A stretch of DNA of 64,000 bases. Origin: an uncultured virus (IMG/VR IMGVR_UViG_3300044645_000935) (lineage: Duplodnaviria; Heunggongvirae; Uroviricota; Caudoviricetes; Crassvirales). The notes below the pieces were generated by a model, which did no database searches, was not told the origin of the DNA, and saw nothing but the letters and a program-made list of their open reading frames with translations. The stretch is from the IMG/VR virus record IMGVR_UViG_3300044645_000935. One strand, written 5' to 3'. Both the position numbers and the translations under genes were made by a program. Shown in pieces: positions 40,301-48,484 of this stretch (position 1 is its first letter; each line of letters starts with the position of its first letter).

Positions 40301-41641
40301 TTTAAGAAGGTATCAGGCAAGGATGTTGACTTTAAATTAATTGGCGAGAACAATAAGGAATATTTAAAAGAAAATAAGGAAGCCATCGATAAAGCAACAG
40401 AAATTGCTGACAGAACTTCTGTTCAAGCAGGTGCCACGGACAATACGTTCATGGGTATTCTTAAAGGAGCATCTAAACCGAATCAAACAATACCTACTAA
40501 GATTTACAATAACTTCAATAGTTACATGACTAGGTTCTTGATATTCGAATTTATGAGTGCGAGAACAGGTGTGTATGCAATGATGGGTGACGGACCAATG
40601 AGTAGAACTAAGGGAGCCATGTTGTTGGGTGCTGTTGCTACACGTATGACTGTATACTCTATGTTAAGCAAGATGCTTGCAGGTGGTATAATAGAATTGG
40701 CTGCTCCATTATTTGGTGTAGAAGATGAAGAAGAAGAGGAGGACGATAAAACATTCCTTCAAAGTCTAGGCCAAGCATTTATAGGTACGGTTGGCTCTTT
40801 GTTCTTTGGTCGAGACTTTGGTAACGCAGTAAAAATGTTTGTAAACTTTGGTCTAGAGAAGTTTAATCAAGAGTATCTTGACTTCCTAAGGGATGGAGAA
40901 TACGACCAATATGAAGATGCAATAGCGTATTCTATCATTCCACAAGGAAAAGAAGATAAGCAAAGCATAGATGATGTGCTATTTAAATTAGGAGGTTCTT
41001 TTGGTCCTGCTGTACAAACAGCAAGACTAGTAGGTGAGAACATATTGTCAGGTTCAGTACAGGCTGTGCTATCAGGAGATACTACTAAGAAAGAAGCAGA
41101 CGCTATAGAGCGTGAGAGAAGAGTAGTAACTCAGAGAATACCTCTAGAGATTCTAGGTAACGCAGGATTTATTCCTTTGTACAAAGATGTAAGGACAGTA
41201 GTGAACAAATCAATCTACGCAGACCTTAAAAATAAAAAGTCAAAAGCTGCTGAGCCGGGGGCTGCAAAAGAAAAGTTTGATAAGTTAGAAGACTTGAATG
41301 AATTAAAGAAGAAGACTACAAACAAAGATGAGCGGAAGGCTATCGACCAAAAGATTCTTGAGATTGTAGGAAGTGAAGAGGCTAAAGCTTCAGTTGATAA
41401 ACAGAAAGAAGCATTGAAGGCAAAGAAAGAATCTCTTCTTTATGACTCAAGCAAAGGTATTAGATATCGTAATGAGTCCACAATGAAGCGTCAGAATCCT
41501 GCTTTGTGGAGAAAAAGATTTGGACCTAATTCTGATTGGGATAAACAAACTAAAGCATCAGAATCTGTTGATAGTAAACTAAGAAAGGTTAGGGAGAAAA
41601 GAGAGGACAAGGAATACAAAGAAAAAACTAAGAGAAAATAA
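31328..41641 (+). CDS. Giant polyvalent ejection-type protein, 3437 aa (two HExxH zincin-like modules, LPD23-like segment)
   Basis: AHEVAH; TGWERGIDKKWRYEIPD; IHELQHAIQ...GEVEAR. Confidence 0.8.
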   Translation: MDELKKLYNTLVLKGRYNKSFEDFQSEWQNPQYQNQVYDDVSKLRLYTKDRDTFMKKYAGSAPAPAAVETPTAVEEEAVEQQPKKKDTTVLPSGVGSSASSVLAPDDETKALFKKYAEESSSRKTFADRIIPTTPATSPEFQKELKKVEQNKSLAESEFDKLGEKPKVEHNKYLNEQLAQINKDLIDKNEEFVVPEMEYRFGGLGFKFEEAGATGDWMDVTAPDGKKIQISLNNFLDSKSSEEAFKLQKFIQDNTPMKGLFVLEKSLKDQEVKIFSNQKEVDDEVAKINKEATAVNQKQKDFLLRQQAYEKEVDALNSIPESQRNNPEFIKRVDAAEKTRLSLVNELPTLLSEEQKLTNKASSLEKSVGRYVETKARQGGWLGGVGNSILEGISSIAAGTTNVFVDATMELGSAEFLISPENLRKGTIERASKIGVAPPSENQSIQDWKKTLTPEQLDRWEDEMDDFGKKLVKADIMPYIREGLRIRRGDENTTIEWTNLKQEGFWGGAILGLAKSLPAMIGSSTPAGWAQRTAQMYSQISDGLMQEMEKDPAFANISEVEKAAIVAPIGIASSVLEAYGLRNVLQSKGIVTNITMAMLGKAGRGVGYTSLRELAENEVKSKIARGALVLTAAGLAEGETGFLQQGVETGFKAIYNEYIKGDKYFQTPETIEKAVGEMFYAGAQEAIGGFTLGIPNAVSAAYSKAGFLKMNDKTFEMFENMANDETLQSAYITSLKEKVASGRISPSDAKQEEQNYRNAVGIYRQLPDGLTVQQKKEAMNLLKERKDLEQYIQGKDGALVTPQKNRINEINQELSKIAEQGATQKIQSEADNVKAQRAAKIAELSKAIEDDDTATELNLTTKLPTEERQRIEKELQDLKEEEASAQEREMANIPFEAPTYKVNGQEVKPEFIDYLMREYSKEEILAMNIEISNNDKTGVLERLQEFTGIKPTEQDAIQEQAAGQVPVQPTAGVGQEVEQGVSQAEPQVTAEAGIQEEVAPKVELTDDQIVEYNPTEEVSDKNNEVLGKVLQSKKFEPQAEPQRTDLGDSVVFEYNNFDDNETRTRFTFNKKKDGTITGVGVKVERNVGDIRNTDLFRNYVNSKRAEAEAQPEVTAQPTVAPQPTTLTEAEQLAKMEEMFAQEEAPVTPTEPARTSGVTVADPIGMDSLRNRVKDNAKKQVIDFAQKTLTTLKSVLPDFEIVIHDDENSYRNAMASINGPAESAGYFSYVQRPNGTYVGKIDINLNVADNTTIAHEVAHGIMRKTFGENTEAFKTFKNRVAAAINRKGNKALTEFASQYEENDSYEEYIVELAARLSQSDKNISSSLLQDIALIINDFVSRITNGAFVPFQNARDAKQAIDFLRNISESIKKGEAINPADITAIQENLSAPIGTPSEINPAPKGKASLNFPKTPLPLSFVTEADKIDIEALIDDIVAKKQKVWFWMADQLGRGNYFDEVVGDTHYLDAGPSFALDPANRSKGILWASGLPEKTLTNQINQADYIFFISGSPEKAKLFNKRVLDLLAERVNKTSDFNKFREALNNFEKETVELRTLRDALNGVNSFKELADSPKRKPFLIALGQIGALKTAPKGSLKELLGSFNAFIDYNELRDGFYKENGFGQNDIMLVGKPTAVSGKAPHSTYEFAISGEVVGVPDKKIDSWDIMPESIKEKYKDVIGGREEKTKPMQTKVIAAETGVIRELEPRMKGKAQLIGKKARLAGVVLQDYNTAQILEKEGKSPLEIRRATGWERGIDKKWRYEIPDGKFKKFELEDLKEAKDSDGAQIRVAKITDIFDSPELYEAYPFIKNYRIVFKDMPENKHGKHSSSAKKITINSKNYIDPDKRSEAELTIIHELQHAIQYEELFERGASTKTAKIIFDGLLKNAKNNVERKTLLHEAARKLFPNSERLQKPTKDLLQDALNKYAILELLSYKKETKEIKKELEELLKEYKEELDKEVFEKLKSRVEFTPADAYNIYYRVAGEVEARNVEFRRSLTEEQRRNTLLSETENIDRADQILFDNPKLMFEGVEESTQKVKGKAQLSSDAKAINVVKQARAQGFSENAIRQFLQGKGLTEEAINKAMATDIPAAGKITLSEETLSGYDSLMKKLGNLAAKGMPLTEVIKKLKNSKAYKDSTDVQKEKLVREVRKMFGAREKSAPKAGRLIGIVNDVTKITMTEKEILNKRLKDLAEGAKDAVKAWRKITADLGKEIKELASTGKLTSKQVTRVTTRLLNINAFNEKSVKDFIDYMANVFADAEYRDIIDGLRGKIANAKKNITSKIGIADTLRGPLNKLLSINPLLIPDAYLDRYAEIVEMLGASQQVLPLEQYDVVKSDTEAILRAVNDEQSRAYELADILENSENKVFTKGGELDYAATLKEMVKQGEITEEDADLMRKYKKEIVPQDEKQKMSEEEIEEKKKEAIDKIKASKITGIDGLPSQEEKAFAEKFAELIKNVSEETLMKLGLNDLTNLSKVIDNINKNYLPSFAYQVYLKIDGINDGKIIEDATSNVSLPKISTAIGKIKNLVTKEGALYEAVKRIPLFFIDQALGLKNKKVFNALLLKTAQAEAKYKAELKRINSALEKAEQKVASSFSFNEEKLALSKMKMMTYLRQLEFESNQGNEQVNPALDYINKTIEHIEKQRAAKKYGKTDLENLKFIRSMYQIDGQINLEKLYNSFNQAEKDAINDIQKINESLRSKAEFTSNVMRGQVFNGLNNYLHLIVLGDGKKGDIKSATDITNRADNNMRPSTKAKSLEERTKGAKPINFDVFASASRGAKYVLLDYNLTGPIKTARIALNQLEKTLDERKNVTKVQREVSNTLTKAYEEAVDNLLVNNIMDDTTADIIVEYIKRMGYRSVLAGTGRFTAELASNISFAFLAEPKAFTLGTKYANIIMSPLGPSVLENLNSTQINRIFPEDSLSGNFMDTSAMKQRVGGGKLSDSRVINKIQQLWNLTGKRYTNGVEVLSDNLISTPDKIVIRALWFGSFAQEFKKVSGKDVDFKLIGENNKEYLKENKEAIDKATEIADRTSVQAGATDNTFMGILKGASKPNQTIPTKIYNNFNSYMTRFLIFEFMSARTGVYAMMGDGPMSRTKGAMLLGAVATRMTVYSMLSKMLAGGIIELAAPLFGVEDEEEEEDDKTFLQSLGQAFIGTVGSLFFGRDFGNAVKMFVNFGLEKFNQEYLDFLRDGEYDQYEDAIAYSIIPQGKEDKQSIDDVLFKLGGSFGPAVQTARLVGENILSGSVQAVLSGDTTKKEADAIERERRVVTQRIPLEILGNAGFIPLYKDVRTVVNKSIYADLKNKKSKAAEPGAAKEKFDKLEDLNELKKKTTNKDERKAIDQKILEIVGSEEAKASVDKQKEALKAKKESLLYDSSKGIRYRNESTMKRQNPALWRKRFGPNSDWDKQTKASESVDSKLRKVREKREDKEYKEKTKRK
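34191..34322 (+). CDS. Overprinted 43-aa basic protein MPFKSKQQVKYLYSQQPELAKKW...KKK (+1 frame)
   Basis: ATG after A-rich leader; resembles recalled MPFKS..PE.AK.W small phage proteins. Confidence 0.7.
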   Translation: MPFKSKQQVKYLYSQQPELAKKWSKEYPKQNLKSLPKRVSKKK

Positions 41642-41642
41642 G

Positions 41643-42056
41643 TTAAGTAAACCTTACGTACTTCATGGTCCTTTGCTTATCGTAGTACACCATCATCTCA
41701 GCATCGTTGTATGAACCATCACGGGGAGGGCGACCTCCCCACTTTATTTGTCCCACCAACTTGTTTGCCTGAGCGTAGATGATACCATCCTCGCAGGCCC
41801 ATACAATCACAGGGTTGAGACGCTTGTCAATTAATTTAACTAGCTTAGCTGCAGAGATTGGTAGTGGATATGCGGCATTCATTGTGCGTATCCTTCCCTT
41901 CACCTCAACGTAGGCGATGAGATTATTGTCTTTATCGAATACTTTGTAGTCAATATCGAATGGGTCAAGCTTCTTGTATGACCCTTTGAATATACTTACG
42001 AACAATTCAATGGCTTTTCTTTCTCGTACTAGGTCTGTCTCAGTTTCAAAAATCAT
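41643..42056 (-). CDS. PD-(D/E)XK nuclease-like protein
   Basis: IDY...YVEVKGR. Confidence 0.65.
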   Translation of the reverse strand: MIFETETDLVRERKAIELFVSIFKGSYKKLDPFDIDYKVFDKDNNLIAYVEVKGRIRTMNAAYPLPISAAKLVKLIDKRLNPVIVWACEDGIIYAQANKLVGQIKWGGRPPRDGSYNDAEMMVYYDKQRTMKYVRFT

Positions 42057-42240
42057 CTTCCTCTATTGATTTTAGCATCATCCTGAGGTCGAATATAACT
42101 TCCCTCAAGTCTTTCTCTGCTTGTTTCCAATCCCTATCTACTAGGTTCTCATAAATGTTTGATAAGAGCACGTGATTCATGCTCAGTCTAAGAGCTATTC
42201 TTCCTGCTCTAGCGTTTTCTCTGTCTATTTTTTTCTCCAT
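42046..42240 (-). CDS. Small hypothetical protein (start MEKKID)
   Basis: Internal ATG gives usual short overlaps. Confidence 0.6.
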   Translation of the reverse strand: MEKKIDRENARAGRIALRLSMNHVLLSNIYENLVDRDWKQAEKDLREVIFDLRMMLKSIEEDDF

Positions 42241-42742
42241 CGTCTGATAATTTTTCAAAGACGTGGACCAACTTTTCAAATACAAAATCCTCTTTGCCCA
42301 CGGGGGTATTGAAATCAATAAGTTGAATAATATTTTTGATACGTTCATACTTATCTTCTACTTTGTTTAAGGATTCTTTGTCCCAAACCGAATAGTTTAA
42401 TTTGTTTCCTGTACCGATAACATATTCTTTTTCGTCTTGATTCACTCCCCTTACAGTAATGAAAAATAATTCCTTACACTTCAGGTATTTCTCATTTATG
42501 TCAGGATTAAACTTGAGTAGAGAGTCTACATCTTTCAAGTAATAATTGTGAATAGTTAGGGTCCTTCTCATAAAGTCACAGACATCGTGAGGATTAAACC
42601 CTGTATCATTTAATATTTTGCAGAATACTTTTCTTGCGTCTACATACTCTTGCTTCTTTGTAAACTTATGAAGCACTACTCCAAATTCTCTGTCAACTAT
42701 TTGAGACAGAGCCTCCATCTTTAATTCTTTACTTAGTATCAT
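42209..42742 (-). CDS. Protein with DnaA domain-IV-like N-terminus
   Basis: TKKQEYVDARKVFCKIL resembles DnaA C-terminal basic loop/helix. Confidence 0.5.
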   Translation of the reverse strand: MILSKELKMEALSQIVDREFGVVLHKFTKKQEYVDARKVFCKILNDTGFNPHDVCDFMRRTLTIHNYYLKDVDSLLKFNPDINEKYLKCKELFFITVRGVNQDEKEYVIGTGNKLNYSVWDKESLNKVEDKYERIKNIIQLIDFNTPVGKEDFVFEKLVHVFEKLSDDGEKNRQRKR

Positions 42743-42989
42743 TTGATTCGATTCCTTTATGAACTTCTACTTTTATTCCATGATTTCTTAATTCTTTTAA
42801 TCTGTACTCTTGCAACTTTGATGTCTTGCCATTTGGTTTTTTTACTTCGTAGAACTCAACGTCAGAGTCTTTAGGTATCGCTATCAGGTCAGGGATTCCA
42901 TTCTTGTTGGTGTTTATCAACTTGATGACATAGTATCCCTGTCCTTCTAGCTCTTTAATTAACTTGGTTTGTATCTGCTGCTCGGTCAT
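42729..42989 (-). CDS. VRR-NUC nuclease
   Basis: TEQQIQ, GIPDL, FYEVKKPNGKTSKLQ. Confidence 0.85.
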   Translation of the reverse strand: MTEQQIQTKLIKELEGQGYYVIKLINTNKNGIPDLIAIPKDSDVEFYEVKKPNGKTSKLQEYRLKELRNHGIKVEVHKGIESNDTK

Positions 42990-43144
42990 TCAAGTATCAG
43001 GTTAACGGTTCCGTTAACTTCATACGCATCTCCAATCTCAAAGTATCCAAATTGGAATCCATACCTGCGCATGACTTTCATTATTTGATTGTTGAGTCTG
43101 TCCATGTCATGAAACTTCTCTCCGTGTACTTTAAATGTCATCAT
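42986..43144 (-). CDS. Small hypothetical protein, 52 aa
   Basis: Read manually; overlaps both neighbours. Confidence 0.55.
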   Translation of the reverse strand: MMTFKVHGEKFHDMDRLNNQIMKVMRRYGFQFGYFEIGDAYEVNGTVNLILE

Positions 43145-43343
43145 ATTTATAAGGTCTAAAGTTTTTCTTTGCTATCTGTAATGCTTCTGCTTCGCTGTCA
43201 GCGACACCTGTGTCGTAGGTGAATCCATTATTGAACCAATACACCCAATCACCGCCTATGCATTGGAACACGCCTATTGATTCAATGGGAACTTCCCTCA
43301 TGTAGAATAGGCTCTTTGCTTGTTGTCCTAGATAGATGTTCAT
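43131..43343 (-). CDS. Hypothetical protein
   Basis: Coupled ORF. Confidence 0.65.
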   Translation of the reverse strand: MNIYLGQQAKSLFYMREVPIESIGVFQCIGGDWVYWFNNGFTYDTGVADSEAEALQIAKKNFRPYKYDDI

Positions 43344-43564
43344 CCGTTTTCTATGTTTATATCGTTATCGTATAGAATTTCTCTCAATCTGTTTCTGCAA
43401 CTCTGATAGGTTTGGTACTGCTCGTCAGTCAGGTCCTCGTACTTTATCTTACTTCTTAACCATTGGTCGTACTCCCATAGAGTTGAGCGCATATTCGCTC
43501 CATCTATGGAATTCTTCCACTCATGGTAATCCTCAGGTAAATTAAAGATTAGTTTTGCTTTCAT
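43340..43564 (-). CDS. Conserved hypothetical phage protein (MKAKLIFNLPED type)
   Basis: Recognised motif; coupled. Confidence 0.75.
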   Translation of the reverse strand: MKAKLIFNLPEDYHEWKNSIDGANMRSTLWEYDQWLRSKIKYEDLTDEQYQTYQSCRNRLREILYDNDINIENG

Positions 43565-44745
43565 AAAAGTCTTTTTTAAAGTGATTGATAGTGTAGTCTT
43601 TCTTCTTTGTTACTGCCTTGTATATGTCCCGTTCAATACCTCCTTCTGAGAATATCCAATAGACCTTATTATCTAGTCTCTCCTTGGTTGTCATCCTGTC
43701 CTTGCTCTGCCAATAACTCGTGGCACTAAAGTCAATGTTGTAATACACCAAGTAGTCAGCCTGACGTAGGGATATCCCTTCTCTGCCCGACACAATCTGT
43801 AAAGCAATGTGCTTATTAGTGTCTTCGAACACGCTCAGCTCATTAGTCAGCTCATCACCAAACACTTGCTTCAAGGCGTTATACTCTTCTTTAAATTTAT
43901 AGAATATCCCTATCTTACTTCCTTGAAATTTTTGTTTAATGAACTCCGCCTTGGTGGTGTCCAAAACCATGCTGTTCCCACTCTCAAACTTAATTGTCCC
44001 ACTAGATATCTGATGTACCTTCATCATTAATTTCACGGGAGTGTCTGCTAGTATGGTCTCTTCCTTCCCCTCTACCACTAAGTCACGCTTCAGTTTGTCA
44101 ATCAACCTGTAGGTTGACTCTTTCATGGGGACATATAAAACTTCCTCCTCAACTTGCGTTACAAAACCTGCCTCAGACTGCGTGTAGTTTATGGTGTATG
44201 GTTTCATTGCCTCAACAATAGACTCAAGCCCATGGCTGTAGTCATTCATCAGCAGTCCATTGATTTTCTTTTGCTTCACATTAACATACTTGTCGCAGAA
44301 TCTGTAGAAGTTTGAGAACTCATCGAATGGATTGTTTGGTATGGCATACACCTGATGGTACATCTGAGAATAACTTTCTTATTACTTGAGCCACCAATAA
44401 AGCTCTGCCGCTAGGCTTAGGGAAAGCCCCCATGCTGTGTGCCTCATCGCAGATAATTAGGTCCCACTTCTCATTGTCCATCACCAAGTGAAGGCTCTCG
44501 TAGTTAATCACAGTCAGATGATAATATGGTTTCAATACTTTGTAGTCTGCTTCAATCGTACTAATTGCTTTTTTCTTAGTAACGAACAGCACCCGCTCAG
44601 CCTCTATCCTTTCTGCAATACCTAGACTCGTGAGAGTCTTGCCTGTCCTTACCTCCATTGCTAGATATAAGAACCCATGCTCGTTTAGAATACGGGAGCC
44701 TTTCTCAATTATATCGGTTTGGTAATCCCTGAAATTGAATTTCAT
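43542..44745 (-). pseudogene. SNF2-type (SF2) helicase interrupted by a deletion/frameshift near 44375
   Basis: RDYQ, MEVRTGKT, CDEAH in one frame; ESYSQMYHQ..GREGISL..QSKDR in another; motif III (SGTP) missing. Confidence 0.75.
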
Positions 44746-44958
44746 TTGATTTAATTTTTTGTAGTGTTCGCAGCTGCGCAATATTTTATCTAGAACGTCT
44801 TGGTCTACTTTGTACTTTGGCACCTTGATAGTCTCTACCTTCTTGCCTCGACCAATCTTAGTGTCGTTGGTCTGAGTAATTATTGATTTCAAAGTTTCAC
44901 AATAGTGCAACATTGCCTCGTTACTATATCCTGCAATCCGCTCTACTATATTTTTCAT
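44746..44958 (-). CDS. Hypothetical segment in frame with the helicase N-terminus
   Basis: No stop before MKFNFRDYQ; may be a fusion. Confidence 0.5.
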
Positions 44959-45290
44959 TTACGTAGTCTCAATTTACAACCACCACAAACCATATTTGGG
45001 GAGTACTCCTCGATGACAGGGTAATCGCAATCGCATCTCTCAAATTTCTCTGAACCATCCTCATTGAAGTTGTCTTCCATGTACTTCAACAACTCAATAC
45101 ATTTCTCGAACATCTCAATCTCAGAGAAGTAATGAAGCATATCCTCCAATGTATCAAAGTCAGGCTCCCTGTCAGGGATGTGAGCAAAGTACCCAATCCC
45201 TGATGACATCACCTCGTATACGGTATTCCTTTGGGTGATTATATTGAAGGAGTTAATCATCCCGATATGTACTTGTTGTTGCTCAGTCAT
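44955..45290 (-). CDS. Hypothetical protein with C-terminal CxC..CxxC
   Basis: ORF track; coupled. Confidence 0.7.
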   Translation of the reverse strand: MTEQQQVHIGMINSFNIITQRNTVYEVMSSGIGYFAHIPDREPDFDTLEDMLHYFSEIEMFEKCIELLKYMEDNFNEDGSEKFERCDCDYPVIEEYSPNMVCGGCKLRLRK

Positions 45291-45445
45291 TGTCCTTTAT
45301 CCTTTTGATTAATTCATCTAGGTTCTCGTCACTCATGAATACATCCTTCTCAACATTCCAATAATCAAGGTACTTGTCCCTATGTACAGCATACCACTTG
45401 CCTGTGTACTCATTCCAATGGAACACGTAGTTCCAAATAATCAGA

Positions 45446-47854
45446 TTACTCTTCATCTTGTTTTTTGCTTTTAATGATTATCCATCTACCCTGTTGGTCT
45501 CTGTCCTCCTCAGGCATGGTCCCCTCTTTGTAAATAGCATAGGAGACTAACCATCTGTAGAACTTTGTCCTGCTGATACTCATTCGTCCTCTAGGTCCGT
45601 AGTCAGGATACTCCTCCACGAAGTTGTAGTAGAGTTCATTCTTGTAAAGCCTAGTGTCTGTCTGTAGCACCACGTTACGCTCGTTGCTGTCAACCAATCC
45701 GCACCACTCGATAAACTCATGGCAGGTCTCTGCGGACAGCTGTCTGATTTTTAAGTTAACAAATTTACTCTTAACCAAACCTGTCTTGAGGTAAGATTTT
45801 AAACAGCCAATCATGTAGTTGTCAAACTCGCACCAATCATCATCGTTCCAATCACCGAACATCAACTTTCCAAACTCATCCAATGGAGTGAACTCCTTGT
45901 TGTAGTACTGATGCAACTCCAACTCCCACTTACGTCTTGCGAATGAATTGCCGGCACCTTTGATGGCGTAGTTAGTAGTGAGTGCAATCTTTGGCGACTT
46001 GCTGAACGGAATCTTGATTGCATCCTTATTCTTTTTCTCTAGAGTCAAACCTTCAGTTATCACACTGAACAATCGCTCGAAGTCAAAGTGCTTTCTCACA
46101 TCATCAAAGCATAATATCTGTGTATCTGCTGACACCAACTGATAAGCGAAGCTTCGCTCGAATGCAAATGACTTGCCGTCAATCACCACGAGTTTCTTCA
46201 TCTTGCTTAGCGCATTCATAAGCAATCCCTTTCCCGTTCCTCCCTCAGGGTTGTCGCTGATTACCTCATCGTTTAGAATCACAGCAGGACAGAACGATAA
46301 GTTCTTGTATCCATGCATCAAGAATCCAATGGTGCTCTCCATTGATTTGATTCTACCTTCGTCACCACCATTGATGTTGCTTACAAACTTTCTGAAGTCA
46401 CATCTCTCGGTCACCCCACAGAGCGTGAAGTTGCGGTCAATCACATGGTCCTTCCAAACATACCCGCCAAGGTCAAGGTAGTCTAGCGTGCTGATTGAAT
46501 CCTTGGTAATCTTTACAGCGCAGTTCTTGTAGTACAGGTATGCGGCATCCTTGGTATCAGCAATGAAGTAAATATCAATGGTTGATAGCATGGACAGGAA
46601 TTCCTCCTTAAAGAATCGTGTGTTGTCTGCGAAGTAATTGTATACCCCGATGTCATCCAACTCTAGCAGGTGGTTCAGGACGAAGTCCTTGATTTCTTTC
46701 TCTGAGGTGTGGTCTATCAGGTTGTTGGTAACCTTTACGAATACATAGTTCTTTCCTCCCTCAGGGCAGTACTTGTAAAAGCCTGAGTCTTCAAGGAACT
46801 GCTTGAACTGAATGTGTACTACTCTGATGACTCCCTTCTCGTTTCTGTCCCAAAAAGTCTGCTTCGCATTCTCCTCTTCTACCTTGTTGAGTACTGATTC
46901 GATAGTATCGCTGTCCAAGTTGGAGTCCTGCAGTTGGAAGCGAATCTCTTTTTTTGATACACCACGTCTGAGTTTGGCACGAATCTGATTGATACGCTCC
47001 TCGTCTTCGTAGTACTTGGTACCGAAGTTTGCGGTGTGCTTGTATGCTGAGTCAATCGTGTTAGAAATTTCACGAGTTGTAAAGTCCTCAGAGGCGTACT
47101 GATTCAGGACATAGGATGCAAGACCCTTGTTGATGCCGAAGTCATTGAACGCCATCGCTAGGACGTAGCAGTTCTGATTGCGCTGTCCCTCCATCATTGG
47201 GTATTTCTTTGTCCACCACTTGACAAGTATGTCCACTATCTTATTCTCATCTGTGATTGGAATGGTAGGGCTGTCCTTAACCTTGCTTACCTCTGTGTAC
47301 TCAGGCTCCTCGATTACATCCCATACAGATGAGTTCTCATTGATGTATAGCAATGGGTCATAAGACTCGTAGCATACACGAGACAGGTTCTTGCTAGTCT
47401 TATCAAAGTAGGGGCTGTTAAAGTATTTCTCTAGGCTGTTAAAGTAGTTGGTATGGTTCTCTGCATCTGCAGGAATCTTTACGATTACCTTCAGACCATT
47501 TCCCGATGGAGAAATAAATACTGAGAAAACATACTTGTTCTTGGTCAGGTTCTCTTTGTCATGTAGCAGTTCCTTCTGCTTCTCATATCCATCAAAGTCT
47601 AGGCAGATAAACCCTGAGTGCTGAATCAGAGATGCATCTGTACGCTTGTTGAATGTACCGCTGAAGCAGATGGCAGGAAGTTCCTTCTTTAATTCCTGTC
47701 GCTCAGGCTTGCGCTTCTCTGCACGAATCTTCTTTACCAATTCCTTGGTTGTCTCTGAACCATCCTTGATTCTGAGAAGAATCAGACGTATGTCCCTGAA
47801 GAACGGAGTGTCAGTATCCTTGATGCTCTTGAAAATTGTTACGTTCTGTGTCAT
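45446..47854 (-). CDS. Primase-helicase (VirE-N/BT4734-like + PriCT-like + SF3 helicase)
   Basis: HSGFICLDFD, FISPSGNGLK, EGQRN, GGTGKG, CFDD, TTN. Confidence 0.85.
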   Translation of the reverse strand: MTQNVTIFKSIKDTDTPFFRDIRLILLRIKDGSETTKELVKKIRAEKRKPERQELKKELPAICFSGTFNKRTDASLIQHSGFICLDFDGYEKQKELLHDKENLTKNKYVFSVFISPSGNGLKVIVKIPADAENHTNYFNSLEKYFNSPYFDKTSKNLSRVCYESYDPLLYINENSSVWDVIEEPEYTEVSKVKDSPTIPITDENKIVDILVKWWTKKYPMMEGQRNQNCYVLAMAFNDFGINKGLASYVLNQYASEDFTTREISNTIDSAYKHTANFGTKYYEDEERINQIRAKLRRGVSKKEIRFQLQDSNLDSDTIESVLNKVEEENAKQTFWDRNEKGVIRVVHIQFKQFLEDSGFYKYCPEGGKNYVFVKVTNNLIDHTSEKEIKDFVLNHLLELDDIGVYNYFADNTRFFKEEFLSMLSTIDIYFIADTKDAAYLYYKNCAVKITKDSISTLDYLDLGGYVWKDHVIDRNFTLCGVTERCDFRKFVSNINGGDEGRIKSMESTIGFLMHGYKNLSFCPAVILNDEVISDNPEGGTGKGLLMNALSKMKKLVVIDGKSFAFERSFAYQLVSADTQILCFDDVRKHFDFERLFSVITEGLTLEKKNKDAIKIPFSKSPKIALTTNYAIKGAGNSFARRKWELELHQYYNKEFTPLDEFGKLMFGDWNDDDWCEFDNYMIGCLKSYLKTGLVKSKFVNLKIRQLSAETCHEFIEWCGLVDSNERNVVLQTDTRLYKNELYYNFVEEYPDYGPRGRMSISRTKFYRWLVSYAIYKEGTMPEEDRDQQGRWIIIKSKKQDEE

Positions 47855-47865
47855 AAATGTTAATT

Positions 47866-48012
47866 CGGTGTCGGTTTAATGTCGTGTAAGTTACTGATAA
47901 TCAATCTGCTGTCAATAATGTCAATTTTATTCTTAAAATTTAATCAGAAAAAAAAGAAAGAAAGAATAATTATATATAGAAAATATAGGGAAATGAGTTT
48001 GACATTTTCGTC
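47866..48012. other. Origin-like module upstream of primase
   Basis: TGTCG/TGTCA repeats, TGATAATCAA, purine-rich AT tract, inverted GACAT. Confidence 0.5.
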
Positions 48013-48025
48013 AGGCAAAAAGGCT

Positions 48026-48054
48026 AAAAAAAAGGGAGAGATTTTCTCCCCCTT
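48026..48054 (-). terminator. Intrinsic terminator after ssb
   Basis: AAGGGGGAGA-AAA-TCTCTCCCTT then T run on - strand. Confidence 0.75.
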
Positions 48055-48064
48055 AGTTTGCCTA

Positions 48065-48364
48065 TTAGAACGGCAGGTCACCATCATCCTCGGGCTCGGG
48101 TAGTACTACCTTTGCTTGTGGCTTTGGTGCCGCTTTGCTAGGAGCTTGCTGTGTTGTTGGCTCGTAGGTATCGAGTTCAACATAGTGGTTACCACTTCTA
48201 GCGGTCTTGATGTTTAGGTTCACCCAACCATTCTTCTGATGGTCTTTAATGAATGCTACCGCATCATCAACCTTTAGTGATAGTCTCCCTACTACAAAGT
48301 CAGGAGCCTTTTCGTTTCTCTTGAAGGAGAAACCTTCTGCAAAGATTTTTTCATCTTGTGCCAT
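48065..48364 (-). CDS. Probable single-stranded DNA-binding protein
   Basis: KAPDFVVG; acidic tail EDDGDLPF; next to SSAP/exonuclease. Confidence 0.7.
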   Translation of the reverse strand: MAQDEKIFAEGFSFKRNEKAPDFVVGRLSLKVDDAVAFIKDHQKNGWVNLNIKTARSGNHYVELDTYEPTTQQAPSKAAPKPQAKVVLPEPEDDGDLPF

Positions 48365-48385
48365 AGTGTAAATTGTTTTTAGTAT

Positions 48386-48438
48386 GCCTCAGTCTATTTG
48401 AACCAACCACCTACCTCTAAGGCTAAGCAGATGATTGG
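48386..48438 (-). promoter_or_regulatory. Predicted H-type pseudoknot in ssb leader
   Basis: 14-bp GU-containing stem; loop GCCUUAG pairs with downstream CUGAGGC. Confidence 0.6.
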
Positions 48439-48484
48439 ATATTTATCCAAATCGTGCATTAAATTACACTTTTGGCAATTTATG

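Noticed and set aside
47990..48015. Second hammerhead at CUGACGA (- strand)
   Set aside because: No stem II followed by GAAA
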